From positions 62,001-126,000 of the forward strand of contig MEDY01000006.1 in the NCBI GenBank assembly GCA_001724265.1: 64,000 nt of DNA. The letters run 5' to 3'. Source of the stretch: Rhizaria sp. SCN 62-66. Lineage: Eukaryota. The notes under the pieces were generated by a model, which did not search any database, was not told where the DNA came from, and worked only from the letters and a program-made list of their open reading frames with translations. Positions within the stretch are counted from its first letter, which is position 1, and every line of letters starts with the position of its first letter. The translations under genes and the position numbers were made by a program. Positions 13,601 to 24,637 of the stretch are shown here, one piece after another.

Positions 13601-15652
13601 GCCACCAGAGTCAGCGGCACCGCTCGTGTTTGGGCTGTTTGGGGATGAGAGCAGAGATGTCATGGCGGGCGGGGCGGTCAGTGCCATCGGGTGCTGCATC
13701 GGGAAGACGAAAGTTAGGCCGTCCCAGCGGCTTGCGATAAGCTGCGTGGGCGCGTAAAGGCCGCTGGGTGTTAGGGGCCCAGCAGGGATGTAAGAACCAT
13801 CGTTGTAAGTTAAACCACCGTCAACAGCGTAGGTTTTTGCAACAACAGTTGAGTTTCTATCATGCTCCGGAGCAGCAGTGTTGGTATTATTGTTCCTGTG
13901 GTGGACGTTGTGAATACGACAGGCACCAGAGTTGCCGTGAGCGCCCACCGAGGGCTCGTCGGGAGGCAACATCGGCGCCGTCGCGAGCGCGGTCACGCGC
14001 GCACCAAGCGGCACGGGGGCAGACGCGGACAGAGGGGCGACAGGTTCGCAGCGCATAATGGTGTACTTGCACAGATCGGAAATGTAGACATCGCCGGGGC
14101 ACATCGACTCGTCTGTTAAGCGGTCAGGCTGACGTGAGAGATTGTGGTGCTTTGAGATAAGCTCAGGCGGTTGTACAAGAGCGACGCGGTGCATTGACAG
14201 CATGCCAGTGAGCGAACATGAGCAGACGAGAGAACCGCCGGCAGTAATACTCGCATCAGCACTCAAATTCATACTGGCACTAACATCAGCAGTCGGAGCA
14301 TCCAAAGAGCGATTCAGAGAGTGATTGTGAGGGGGAAGCGGGATGGGGACCGTGATCATCACACCAAGCGACTCAATACTCACCGCATCGCCCTCATCAG
14401 TCTCTGCGTCAGTCTCGGATTCCGAATCGGACTGCGAATCGCAGTCGCTGTCGTGATCAGCGCCTCCATCCTCGGTCTGCGCATCCGCTGACTTCTTGCG
14501 CTGCCTGTCGACTGCCTTCATCGCTTTGCGGTGCTTGGACGGGGTGAGCGTCGTGGGGATAGGCAACCACGGCAAAATGTGGATGATACTGAGTGACAGC
14601 AAGTCAGTCCAATTGACAGCGTTGCCGTGTTCGCCGACAAACCCACTGAAGAACCGGGAGAAAGGAATGTTGGTGTTTGAGTTGGTGTTGGTGAGGTAAG
14701 AGCTCACAGACATGAGTCTCGTGAGATCAAGACAAACGCCGCCAACATCGAGACCGACAAACATACACAGCCGCGGTTGTGAGCGTTCTAGTGATAGCGA
14801 CACCTGAGACTGCAATTTTTGTGCCATCTCAGAAGGCTCCTCCGCATTCACCTCAACAAGAGAAGCACTAGACTCGCTGTCGATGTTACTTGAACTCACC
14901 GTGTTATACAACGGCACGTGGTCGTACGACATACTCGCAGCGCACACGGGGAGCTGAAGCGGATGCGGGAACCCGAGCCGCAGCGGAGCGCTCGCCTTGG
15001 AAGCAGTTGCCGCGCGCGACCGTAGCTCAGAGAGCGAGAAGGGCTGGTACAAGTGCAGCGTCGCAGCGCGCGTCGCAACTGTAATAAGGCGCAGTGGCTG
15101 CGACGCTAACTGCGGAGTGAGCGAGACGAGATGTGCGTCGAGTGGGACTTGATACAGCGCGAGTGGGGTCAGTGCAAGAGGATACACTGGATTTGCACTC
15201 GAGCTCTCTGGCTGCGAGGCAGCCGTAGCGTCATTTGTAAATGATCCGTGAAAGCTTGCGTCAATGTGGAAGAGGTATAGCGAGCCCTCCGCCGTTACAA
15301 TGATGATGCCTGTGTCGTCACTGTCGCTGAAGCATCGGCCGACGACGATGCTCGTCACCGGGCCCAGCCCCGCAGCAGTCGCGTACGGCAGCAGGTCCGC
15401 CGTGTCGGGGTCCTCCAGCGACGTGATGAAGGCGTCGGAGGCGAAATCAGTCGCGGCCGCGGAGGACAATGGGTACAGCGCAGGGATGCCCTTGAACAGC
15501 GCCAGGTCACCCTGGGCGTTGGCGACGACGAGGCTGTTGGCGCCGCTGGGGTCGTTGTCCGCGTTGGCAATCGTCACGCACGGGGGCAACGTGGTACCGG
15601 AGAATTTGAGGGTGAGCTTGTCCGGGAGGGACAATTCGCGGGTGCGGAACAT
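10603..15652 (-). CDS. ITFG2: ITFG2-like (KICSTOR subunit, integrin-alpha FG-GAP repeat protein 2) with large low-complexity insertions and C-terminal extension; exons 12522-15652 and 10603-12397; 1641 aa
   Basis: Motifs LKFSGTTLPPCVTIANADND...LVVANAQGDLALFK, IVTAEGSLYLF, ASRWDGLTFV and RAATAGV...PCVVYVGYMNVI resemble ITFG2 blocks in the same order. Intron 12398-12521 (GTACGG...TTTCCACAG, phase 2) joins the two ORFs in frame. Ends TAA. Confidence 0.75.
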
Positions 15653-16173
15653 AGCGTCTTAATGTGGAGAGTTGGTTTAAGCTATAAATAGCGAGGGCGC
15701 TCGCGACTTCTGCGAGTCCGAGAGAAGCTTACGAGAGTGGTCAGAGGTTTGCAATGCCTATCGACGTGAGGTATATCCTGAGCTCTTAGAAACATATTAT
15801 TAAAAAAAAGAAGGTACATCTATAAGTTCAAATTGTGCATTGAGCAGTGACTTCGGTGACGATCAGATTATAGCAATCACCGCGATACAAATCTCCCTCA
15901 ACCTAGCCTAACCCCCAACATCTCGCCACGTGAGCTTGGCAAGCGACACTTATTGAACGTCAAAAAGAAGCATAGAGCGACAATATGATCACAGACAGAT
16001 ATAAATCTAACAGCACACTTTGTATTCGTTGGTCCTAATAACCACATAGAAGTAAAGAAATACAATAAAACTTCATACATATCACCCGCCAACTCCTTTA
16101 TTAAAAGACTCAGCAGTGTGGCCCGAAGAATGATAGTGCACAACTGTGTTCGCGTTAGTAAGGCTCAACCACT

Positions 16174-19100
16174 TCAAAGGGTGGTGCGCGAGCCCAGCTT
16201 CTTGATCTCGTACAGAATCGTCTGCACCTGCACCATGTCGCGCAAGAATGCGGGCTGGCGCTGCACGTAGATCTTACTCAGCACGTCCTGGAAGCGCTTG
16301 TAATCGAGCACGAGCTGCAACAAGCACTTCTTAAGCACCTCGGACCCGGTGTCGGAGCCGATGCCCATGAGCGCAAGCGCCTGCGCTTGTGCGGCCTCCT
16401 CGGCGCTCATCACGCTGGGCCGCGCCGCGCCGCCGTGGCCCGCGGGGCCAGGGTTGGTGTGCGCGGGCGGGTCGCGGCTGCTGCCGATCGCGGCCATGGG
16501 CGACGCGATGGCCGGCGCCGGCGCCAGTGGCTGCTCCGAGTGTGAGAAGTAGCTCTGCAGCGACGTGTGCATCGCCTCGAGCGACGCGCGCCACGTCGAC
16601 ACGAAGCCGCGCACAAGCCGCTCCACGCGCGCGTCGTCAGGCGGGTGGCTCGCCGCGGACGCGGCGGACGCACCGGCACCAGCACCGGCGGCGGCGCCGC
16701 TGTTGGCGCGGAGACGCGCCTCCTGCTCCTTGACGAATGTGATAATGTCGGCGAACTTCTCGCTGAGCTGCACTTCGACGAAGTCAGCCGAGGCCTTGAC
16801 CATGAGGTCCGCGAAGAGGAACGCCTCGGGGCACTCGGACAGCGACTTGGAGTGGAACGTGCGCACGATGACGTCGTAGTTGTTGACGCAAAAGGCCAGG
16901 CGCGCCTTCTCCGTCGTCGGGTTGTTCGGATTGGACCCGCCGGCGGCGGAGACGGACAGGGTCTTGATGACGCCCTCGATAACGCGGGCCATGCGCGACA
17001 GACCGACCTCAATGATCTCATCGTGGAAGTTGAAGTTAAGCCGCCTCAGAGCCGCGGCGTACTCAGCGTAGCGCTGAACGACGAAGTGCGCACCGTAGGA
17101 GCCCTTCTTGACGGGCAGCGAGGTCGCCGACACGAGCGAGTTGAAGTTGGCGTCGAACAGGGCCTTGAACTTGCTCCACAGCAGCATGCTGATGCGGTCG
17201 AAAAACGAGTCAAGCACAGAGATGTTGCGCTCCTGCATCTGCTGGTTGTTGAGCGCCACCATGCGGATAAGGATCAGCACGCCGATGCTGTCGTAGCACG
17301 TGAAGAGGTAGTTCTCCAGGTGCTCCATAAACGAGTTGAGCACCGACTGGAAGATCTGCGCGAACATGGCGTACACGTGGTGCGTGCGCAGAGGGCCCAG
17401 TGCCGTGGCCACCTTGCGTGCGCGCGCGCGGGCTTCGGCGACAACGCGGCGCGTGAAGGACACCTTCTTGCCGCCGGGGCCCGCGCTGCGCGACGGGGGC
17501 GGCGGAGTGCCGCTGCCGCCGCCGGTGCGCGCGGTCACGGAGGAGGAGGCGACGCGCACGATGGGCGTGTAGAGGTCGTTGCCGTCCGAGTCAGAGTCAG
17601 AGTCTTCGTCGCCATCGACGCTGGAGCCGTCCGCGGCGCCGTTGGCCATCACCTCGCCGTTGGGGCCCATGATCTGCGGCCGTCGCGGCTGCTTCACGGG
17701 CGTCTGCATGCCCACAGCCGCCGCGGCAGCGCTCGCGCCGCTGGGGGCCGTCGTCGCGGTGGTCGTGATGTTGCCCGCGAGCGGCGACTTGGTCACGTTG
17801 CTCGCGGGGCTGTTGCTGTTAGCGTTGCTGGCAGCGGCGGCAGCGGCGGTGGCCGCGATGACCGAGGGGTCAGCGTCCTTGCCCTGGCCGAAGAAGGCCC
17901 ACAGGAAGTCCATCTCCGACGCCACGGTGTCGACAAGCAGCTGGTGCGCGGAGCGGAAGAGGCGCTCGAACGGGAAACCCATGCCGGACTTGGCGGCGAC
18001 GTGCAGCACGATCGAGTCCTTGGCGATCGAGGTGAGCACGAGCTCACGCTGGCCGATGGCGAAGACGCGGAGCAGGTCGTCCGCGCTCTTCTTGCCCAGC
18101 CCGAAGAGCCCACCGATCTTGCCGCCCTGCTCGGCGGCCAGCAGGTCCTCCTTGCGCACGCGGTTCTCCTGTCCCAGCTTCTGCATGCTGCTCAGGTACG
18201 TGTTAAACTGCGTCGTGTAGATCGAGCACAGCGTGTCGACATACGCGCGGCGCACCTCCGCAGCCAGGTCGGTTTGGTTCGCGCCCGCGTGGCCGTCCTC
18301 GCCGCCCGCGGCCCCGCCGTTGGCCGCGGCAGCAGCGGCCGCGGCGGCCGTGGCGTTGGCATTGGCGTTGGCGGTCGCGCTCGCAGTCAGCGTCGCACCG
18401 CGGGCCGAGGCCGCGCGCACGCCGGCGATGGCTTGGCCGTTGCCAGTAACGGTGTTGGCGACGCCAGCGACCGCGCCCGCGACGGCCGAAGTGGCGAGCC
18501 CAGCCAGCCCGAGGCCCATACCGAAGATGGCGGGCAGCGGGTTGACGCGGTTGAGCGCGCCCACGATGCTCGCTTGCAGCGCGCCCGCGAAGCCCGGCGT
18601 GCCGTCCATGAGCGCGGCGACGCCGGCCGAGCTGCAGTGCGTGAGGAGGAACGTGTAGGCGCCGCGGTCGTGCAGCAGCGCTGCCTGGCGCGACTGGATG
18701 TGCGTCTTGGGCTGCTTGAACACACGGATCTGCGTCAGCACAGACATGCGCACGCGGGCCGCGGCCTTGGCAAACAGGTGCGACAGCGCGGGGGCGGCGT
18801 CCTTGGCGGCGTGCGTACGCGCGACGTCGGGCACCTGGTGAAAGAAGATCTTCTCCGACAGCGCGGTGAGCGCGGTGGCGAGCTGAGCAGAGTGCTCCGA
18901 CCCCTCGCGGAGGATGATGTTCATGAGGTCGGGCGCGATGTAGGCGTGGCGCACGAACTTGCTAACCTTGCGCTCGGCTGCCTTGCGGTTCTGCAACTGA
19001 ATCGACAACGTCATCGACTTATCCTGGAGGAAGTGGATCTGGCTCGAGATGACGCCGAGGTCCTGCTGGAAGTTGGACAGCAGCGACTCCATCTTCTCCA

Positions 19101-19500
19101 GCGTGCCGTCGCAGAGCTTGATCTGCGCGTCCAGCTCCGCGAGCTCGTTCGCCTGTGTGACGTACTCGGCCACGCACGCGGCCTCTGCGGTGTACAGGTC
19201 CTGCTCGATCTGGTCTGAGTAGCCGCGCAAGTCAACGCCCTTTGCGAGCGCTTCTTGAACCATGCTGTCGCGCTGGAACTTCACCAAATCAGCGTCAACA
19301 CCTGCAAAATCAATGTTGTCGAGCATGTCAGCGTCAGCGTCAGCCTCAAGGCTCTCGAGCGTCTCCGTGGTGTCCTCCAGGGGTCCGTAGAAGGAAGACA
19401 GGGTGCCCGCGCCAGCGGCGGACGAGGAGGTGGCGAAGGCGGGCATCAAAGGGCCTGCAGCGGCGGAAGCGCTCACTACGGCGCCTCCTTGCATGCTCAT
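16174..19500 (-). CDS. VPS52: Vacuolar protein sorting 52 (GARP/EARP subunit), intronless, 1108 aa
   Basis: Motifs VQEALAKGVDLRGYSDQIEQDL, QIKLCDGTLEKMESLLSNFQQDLGVISSQIHFLQDKS...LQNRK, CYDSIGVLILIR, HFVVQRYAEY and FCVNNYD are typical of Vps52. Start placed at ATG 19500 (MSMQGG), where GC-rich coding composition begins. Ends TGA. Confidence 0.92.
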   Translation of the reverse strand: MSMQGGAVVSASAAAGPLMPAFATSSSAAGAGTLSSFYGPLEDTTETLESLEADADADMLDNIDFAGVDADLVKFQRDSMVQEALAKGVDLRGYSDQIEQDLYTAEAACVAEYVTQANELAELDAQIKLCDGTLEKMESLLSNFQQDLGVISSQIHFLQDKSMTLSIQLQNRKAAERKVSKFVRHAYIAPDLMNIILREGSEHSAQLATALTALSEKIFFHQVPDVARTHAAKDAAPALSHLFAKAAARVRMSVLTQIRVFKQPKTHIQSRQAALLHDRGAYTFLLTHCSSAGVAALMDGTPGFAGALQASIVGALNRVNPLPAIFGMGLGLAGLATSAVAGAVAGVANTVTGNGQAIAGVRAASARGATLTASATANANANATAAAAAAAAANGGAAGGEDGHAGANQTDLAAEVRRAYVDTLCSIYTTQFNTYLSSMQKLGQENRVRKEDLLAAEQGGKIGGLFGLGKKSADDLLRVFAIGQRELVLTSIAKDSIVLHVAAKSGMGFPFERLFRSAHQLLVDTVASEMDFLWAFFGQGKDADPSVIAATAAAAAASNANSNSPASNVTKSPLAGNITTTATTAPSGASAAAAAVGMQTPVKQPRRPQIMGPNGEVMANGAADGSSVDGDEDSDSDSDGNDLYTPIVRVASSSVTARTGGGSGTPPPPSRSAGPGGKKVSFTRRVVAEARARARKVATALGPLRTHHVYAMFAQIFQSVLNSFMEHLENYLFTCYDSIGVLILIRMVALNNQQMQERNISVLDSFFDRISMLLWSKFKALFDANFNSLVSATSLPVKKGSYGAHFVVQRYAEYAAALRRLNFNFHDEIIEVGLSRMARVIEGVIKTLSVSAAGGSNPNNPTTEKARLAFCVNNYDVIVRTFHSKSLSECPEAFLFADLMVKASADFVEVQLSEKFADIITFVKEQEARLRANSGAAAGAGAGASAASAASHPPDDARVERLVRGFVSTWRASLEAMHTSLQSYFSHSEQPLAPAPAIASPMAAIGSSRDPPAHTNPGPAGHGGAARPSVMSAEEAAQAQALALMGIGSDTGSEVLKKCLLQLVLDYKRFQDVLSKIYVQRQPAFLRDMVQVQTILYEIKKLGSRTTL

Positions 19501-19986
19501 TGTGATAGAAAAGTGTGTAAAAGCTAGCGTGGGGGCAAATACAGGACAGATAAAAATGGGTGGTTGGTGGTGAGTGTGGATGGAGTGGGCAAGGATCTCG
19601 TCAACGAGCAGGCTCACGAAGTGGGCCACGAAGACACGATACAGACTGGGCAAACCGTCCAGTACAGAGCTGGACAAATAGAATACAAAATCTACAGAAT
19701 GGTTAATTTTCGAAATCGCCGCTAGAAAATGCAGTGGCGGTTGCTGCATCGAGAGCTTCTCAAAGAAACTTTCACTCGAGGTCAGCCCTCGTCGATTTTG
19801 GTTTGGCGACTCCCACTGGTCTGGTTCGCAAAAAAAAGCCATGTCAGCGGTTCGCAAGACTGCAAATCCCACATGTTTTAGTGTCTCATGAGTTGAAGTT
19901 ATGCCATTTATTCACTGAAATTGAATATGTTACTAATAGTGGTGAACTCTATACTATACTTGTTATTTGAAATGACCTGCAACAGT

Positions 19987-21979
19987 TCACATCATCTCAG
20001 ATGAGACTGACTCTCCGGCAGCGCCAGCAACAGCAGCACTGTTGATATCAGCGCCGGGAGCAGCGACTGCAGCCGCGCCGCTCGTCACCGAGGCGTCCCA
20101 ACAGCTCGCGCACTGCCACTGCGCGGTGGCGGCGGCGGAAGAAAGGACGTCGTCGAGGTAGCGCGCCAGCCCGGTCACCATGGCGCGGTCGGGGCCGCCG
20201 AACAGGGCCTGTGTTAGCAGCGGAAAACAACGCAAAACAACAAAGAACAAAAATAAAAGATGTTACTATGTGAAATAAAATTAATATTTTGTGCGTATTC
20301 GTTGATCTTGTGTCATTTGAAGATTGTGCGAAGAAAAACGCCGTTATAGTTCATACAGCGTGTCACTCGCATTGCCATCGTGTCACGTGTCAATTATTCA
20401 TCATCCTTAAGAGCTCCAGTCGTAACAGTGACGTACCTCTTGGCAGGCATCCAGCACGCCTGGGTTGGCCTCGGCCACAGCGACAGCTTCCCGCAGCGCC
20501 GCTGACGGTCGCACATGCGCCGCGGCGACTGCGGTCACCATGGCGCCCACCAGGGACCGGGCGGACGCGGCGGCGGCGGCGGCGGCGGCCGCCGCTGCGG
20601 CATCAGACTCGGCGGCAGCCAGCTGGGCGCTCAGGTGCTCGATCTGTAAGGCAGAAAGGATCAAGAATGTGTGTCCAGGCAATGAGTTAGGTTCGTTGTT
20701 TTACGAAATTGCAATGTCACAGGGAAAATGCAAAGCCATTCACAAAATGAACGTTTTGAAAACGACATTGTTTCAAAACATAAGAATCAGATTATAATAA
20801 TAATTTCATCTCGTGAAAATCAATTTTGTTCCCTAAGGGGCGTATCTTACCTCTTTCTCAGCGTTGGTAATGTCGTCACAAAGCTCGGTCGCCTCCCGCG
20901 CCACCGCCGCAGCTCGCGCGGCCTCAGCCTCGGCGTCCGCCGCGCTGGCCACAAGCGCGAGCGCGCGGAGATACTCGGGGCACTGCGCAGGGTTTGCACT
21001 TGGGCAGACAGTGGTACCCGTGGTGCTCACGGTCACCTTGGCGCTGTGGTCTGTGTTGCCACTTTCACTGTTGTTGTTGTGGAGGGCGCGGTGGACGCGG
21101 GCAATGGCGTTGGTGCGCAGTGTGCGCACCGTGGCGTCATGAAGGTCCTGAGCGCGCGCAGTGACCGTGGCGTGATGCTTGCTGTGAACAGCATGTTGGC
21201 GCACAGCCGAAGAATGCAAATTGTTCAAGTGAGATGTGATCAAAAGATGCATACAGCTTGCTGATATGTGGCATGATGTCATATTTCAAGTATAACGCGT
21301 GTGTACGTACATTTTCTCATCAAGAGAGGCGATGCGGCGGTCAGTGTTTGTACGGAGATTCTTAGCATCGCCATGCAGCTGTTGTACAAAGCAGAAACAA
21401 GAACATAAAGACATAGTATGAGTCAAATTGAGAGCTTTGGCGTCGCGACAGAGACATGAGAAGGGCAATGACAACATGCGTACCTGTGAAGTCTGCGTTT
21501 CTAAAAGCGCAACGGCGGAGGTGAGGTCGGCGCGACGGGCCTCGCGCTCAGCGATGAGCGAGTTGAGATGTGACACCGACGCGCGCTGCTCGGACACCTC
21601 GGCGCGCTCTGTTCAGCAGTCCAAGAAAGTGGTGAATACAAGGTAGATGAGACGTGTCGTAGGTATGATACAGTGGTTGAATAGGTAATTGCATGTGAAG
21701 ATATTGACGTACTGGCAGTGACGGCTTGGTCGGCGACCTTCTTACTGGCCTTAGCGTTGGCCAGTGCGTATTCGACCTTGATAACCTCGGCCTTAGCCTG
21801 CACGAGGAAGAGGCACACAAAGAGAAGTTGGAAGTCTGACATGTAAGCATCAACAGATCAGAGTGAATTCTTGATAGAGGAAAAGTGTGAGACGTGAGAC
21901 GTACGGATGCTTCGTAGTTAGTGATGTTAATCGCATCTTGGACGACGCCAGCCATTTGTCCTCCCGTATAGGTCGACAT
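19987..21979 (-). CDS. Hypothetical coiled-coil protein, 7 exons (21905-21979, 21713-21797, 21484-21608, 21311-21378, 20851-21181, 20437-20643, 19987-20208), 370 aa
   Basis: Six AT-rich GT...CAG introns with compatible phases join GC-rich segments into one 1113-nt frame from ATG to TGA. The product is rich in A/E/K/R heptad-like sequence and has a C-terminal WQCASCW. Confidence 0.7.
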
Positions 21980-22297
21980 TGACTTCTAAAACAGAAACGA
22001 AAAAAGAAATACAAGACACATGGATGAGTACGTGTTATTTGTTCTATCATTATCCTTTATTGGGACACAACGTTGCAATATGCTCGAATTTCGGTCAATG
22101 ATATATTTTTCAAGTTGACACAGCGAGCGAGCGTCACCTCGACGTTTGTAATGAGGCTGAAGAAAAAAGGTTCTTTATGTAAACAAAAAGGTCGGATTGA
22201 AACGAGGACAAAACTAAGTAGCAAATCACAGACTCATAAAACAAAAAATACAGTTCAAAATACACGCGATATCACTGAGAGGACAATATCTGACGCG

Positions 22298-23953
22298 TTA
22301 GTCCATTTGCATCGCGGTGCGGACCTTGCTGATCGCCTCATCAAGCCCCGGGATCGGGAGCGCGATCTCATACATCTTATGCCACAGCTTCCCCGTCACC
22401 AACACCACATTCCTCTTCTCGTCGAACGCAATCCCATTGAGCGTCGCCTGCTCCGCGTCGCGCGCGCGCTTGCCGCCCTGCTTCACCATGTCTTGCAGTG
22501 TCTTCATCGTGAGCTCGTTGGCGTCGAGCCAGGCAACGACAATGCCGGAGTCAGGCTCGATCACCGCGATCTTGGTGCTGAACCACACGTTGGCCCACAC
22601 GTACCCGTTGACCCACTCCAGCTCGTTCAACAGCTTCACAGGCACCCACTCGCCCTTGTCCGCCGCACTGACTGTGGACTCACCCGCCTCAGCTCCAGTC
22701 CCAGCGCCAGTTCGAGTGCCTGGCACTGACGCGGCGATGTGCGTGGCGACTGTAGGCTCCCACTTGCGCACGGTCACGCGCCTCACCTCGCGCATCGTCG
22801 CCGGGTCGTGCCAGCGCAGCACCGCGGACCCGTCGCTGAGTACCAGCAGCCCACGGTCGTATTGCGACTGCTGGCGCTCACGGTCATCGTGCTCACGGTC
22901 ACTGATGTCGCTGCTGTCGGCGAGACCGGTGTTGCGGGTCGGGTTGGAGTGATGGCGAACAGGAGCAGCGTGGAGATCATCACTCTCGTTGTTGCTGTTG
23001 TAATAGGGTTTGTAGTCAGAGCGCGTGCGGGGATCTAAGCACAGTCCCCAGCCCTCGGTGTCGATGCTGAGCGCTCTGTCCTGCTTAAACCGCCATTGCG
23101 AGTCAAACGCGTGCACAACGCTCTCACGCCACGTCAGCATGAACCACTCATCACCACTACCACTGTCACCGCCGCCGCCACTGCTGCCCTGCGGCGGCTT
23201 AACTTCCGGCACGACCGTGAGACCCTCACCGAAGTGTTCCGCGGGGATATCGACTTTGCGTAGCACTTTGCCGCTCTCCAGTTCCACCACACGCACGTCC
23301 GAGACCTTGTACATGCCGGTCGACTCGACGAGCTGGCCATTGTGCACCACCAAGCCCTGCGTAAACGCCGCGGGATCATGCGGGTACGTCCTGCTGGCAT
23401 CCAGCGGCACCCAGTCCGCCTCGCGGTGGCGCGCCAGTGTCGCAAGGCGCGGGTCCGCAGGCGTGAGAGTCTTGAACTTGCGCGTCTTGGCCGGGAACAG
23501 GTCGTCAGGCATGTCCTTGAGCATTTCAGCGCGCGAGACAGGAGTCTTGGCTGCCTTCTTCACGGTGTTATCAGGTGCGGTCTTGCGTTTAGTGTCGCCA
23601 GTGGCGTCACTGGCGTCACTGTCAGCGTTCTTAGTGCTCTTCACCACGTCCGGAGGGTTTGTGTTGGTGTTTTTGTTGTTACTTGCCTGGGTAGTTTGAG
23701 TGCGGGGCGAAAGAGGCACCACAAGCGGGGACGTCGACACAGACGGCAGCAGTCGATGTGTAAACAGCGCAGCAAGGCCGAGCACAGCGAGCAGTGCGAT
23801 GACAAGCGGGGTCGGACGCAGCAGCGAACGCATCAGATGCGATGCTTTCTGTTGCTGCTGCTGCTTGCCAGCGCCAGTGTTGCTGCTGAGGCCTTGCTTG
23901 CCGTTGTTGCCGCTGCCGCGGTGCGAGCCACCGCCACTAGTGCGCAGGGACAT
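22298..23953 (-). CDS. Glutaminyl-peptide cyclotransferase, plant/bacterial beta-propeller type (Glu_cyclase_2 family), with N-terminal membrane anchor; 551 aa
   Basis: Motifs YPHDPAAFTQGL, LVESTGMY, FGEGLT, LTWRE, EGWGL, SDGS, LNELEWVNGYVWANVW, LNGIAFD and VTGKLW. Hydrophobic segment PLVIALLAVLGLAALF. First ATG at 23953. Ends TAA. Confidence 0.92.
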   Translation of the reverse strand: MSLRTSGGGSHRGSGNNGKQGLSSNTGAGKQQQQQKASHLMRSLLRPTPLVIALLAVLGLAALFTHRLLPSVSTSPLVVPLSPRTQTTQASNNKNTNTNPPDVVKSTKNADSDASDATGDTKRKTAPDNTVKKAAKTPVSRAEMLKDMPDDLFPAKTRKFKTLTPADPRLATLARHREADWVPLDASRTYPHDPAAFTQGLVVHNGQLVESTGMYKVSDVRVVELESGKVLRKVDIPAEHFGEGLTVVPEVKPPQGSSGGGGDSGSGDEWFMLTWRESVVHAFDSQWRFKQDRALSIDTEGWGLCLDPRTRSDYKPYYNSNNESDDLHAAPVRHHSNPTRNTGLADSSDISDREHDDRERQQSQYDRGLLVLSDGSAVLRWHDPATMREVRRVTVRKWEPTVATHIAASVPGTRTGAGTGAEAGESTVSAADKGEWVPVKLLNELEWVNGYVWANVWFSTKIAVIEPDSGIVVAWLDANELTMKTLQDMVKQGGKRARDAEQATLNGIAFDEKRNVVLVTGKLWHKMYEIALPIPGLDEAISKVRTAMQMD

Positions 23954-24637
23954 GTTGAAGTGCGAGTCCAGGAACAATGGCGCTTCTGTGCGCGTTTGTG
24001 AGACAGCGAATGAGTGAGACTAAAGCGGACGACACGGAGGTCAATTGCTTCGTTGAAGATACAGAATGACACCTACTCGTGTGTCTAAGCAAGGATGCCA
24101 CCAAACACTGGCAGAAACAGTCAAGTTAAATGTGTTGACGGGATTATGCACGGTTTGAATATGATTGAATGGGTGAGCGATAAGGATAATGATGTTCGGC
24201 GAGCAACAAATCAGACTGACTCAGTGACGATGAGGCCTAGCGGATTTTATCATGACAACAGCGACCAGTAGATGCACAATTTCGTATTCAAATAATTCGG
24301 ACTTAAAAGCACCATGCGCCCAAGCGGTGCATGTTTTGACGATCAATAAGACCACAAATTCATGAGCCGATTGACGATCGCCTGATTCTACCACAATCGA
24401 TTTTTGCGAACCAACTGGTTGACCGCAGTTGACCGCGGTCAGCGATGACGAGAGGTGCGCATCCGCAAACACCGCTTCAGGTGTGCTTTATTCAGCAATA
24501 AGACTCATCTTACTTCACAATGATTATACGCAAACATTTGTATATTTATCCGAATTCATCACGAACTCACGTCCTGTTTTGCTGTCATTGCCACGTGTAG
24601 AAAGGACATCTCGTTTCGCTACTTGGCGTGACTAACG

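Noticed and set aside
16567-19218. 883-aa plus-strand ORF
   Set aside because: Antisense shadow of the GC3-rich VPS52 gene; R/V/G/L-rich with no motifs.
19501-19872. N-terminal extension of the VPS52 ORF shown in the track
   Set aside because: AT-richer, non-ATG start and no Vps52 similarity; treated as UTR/intergenic.
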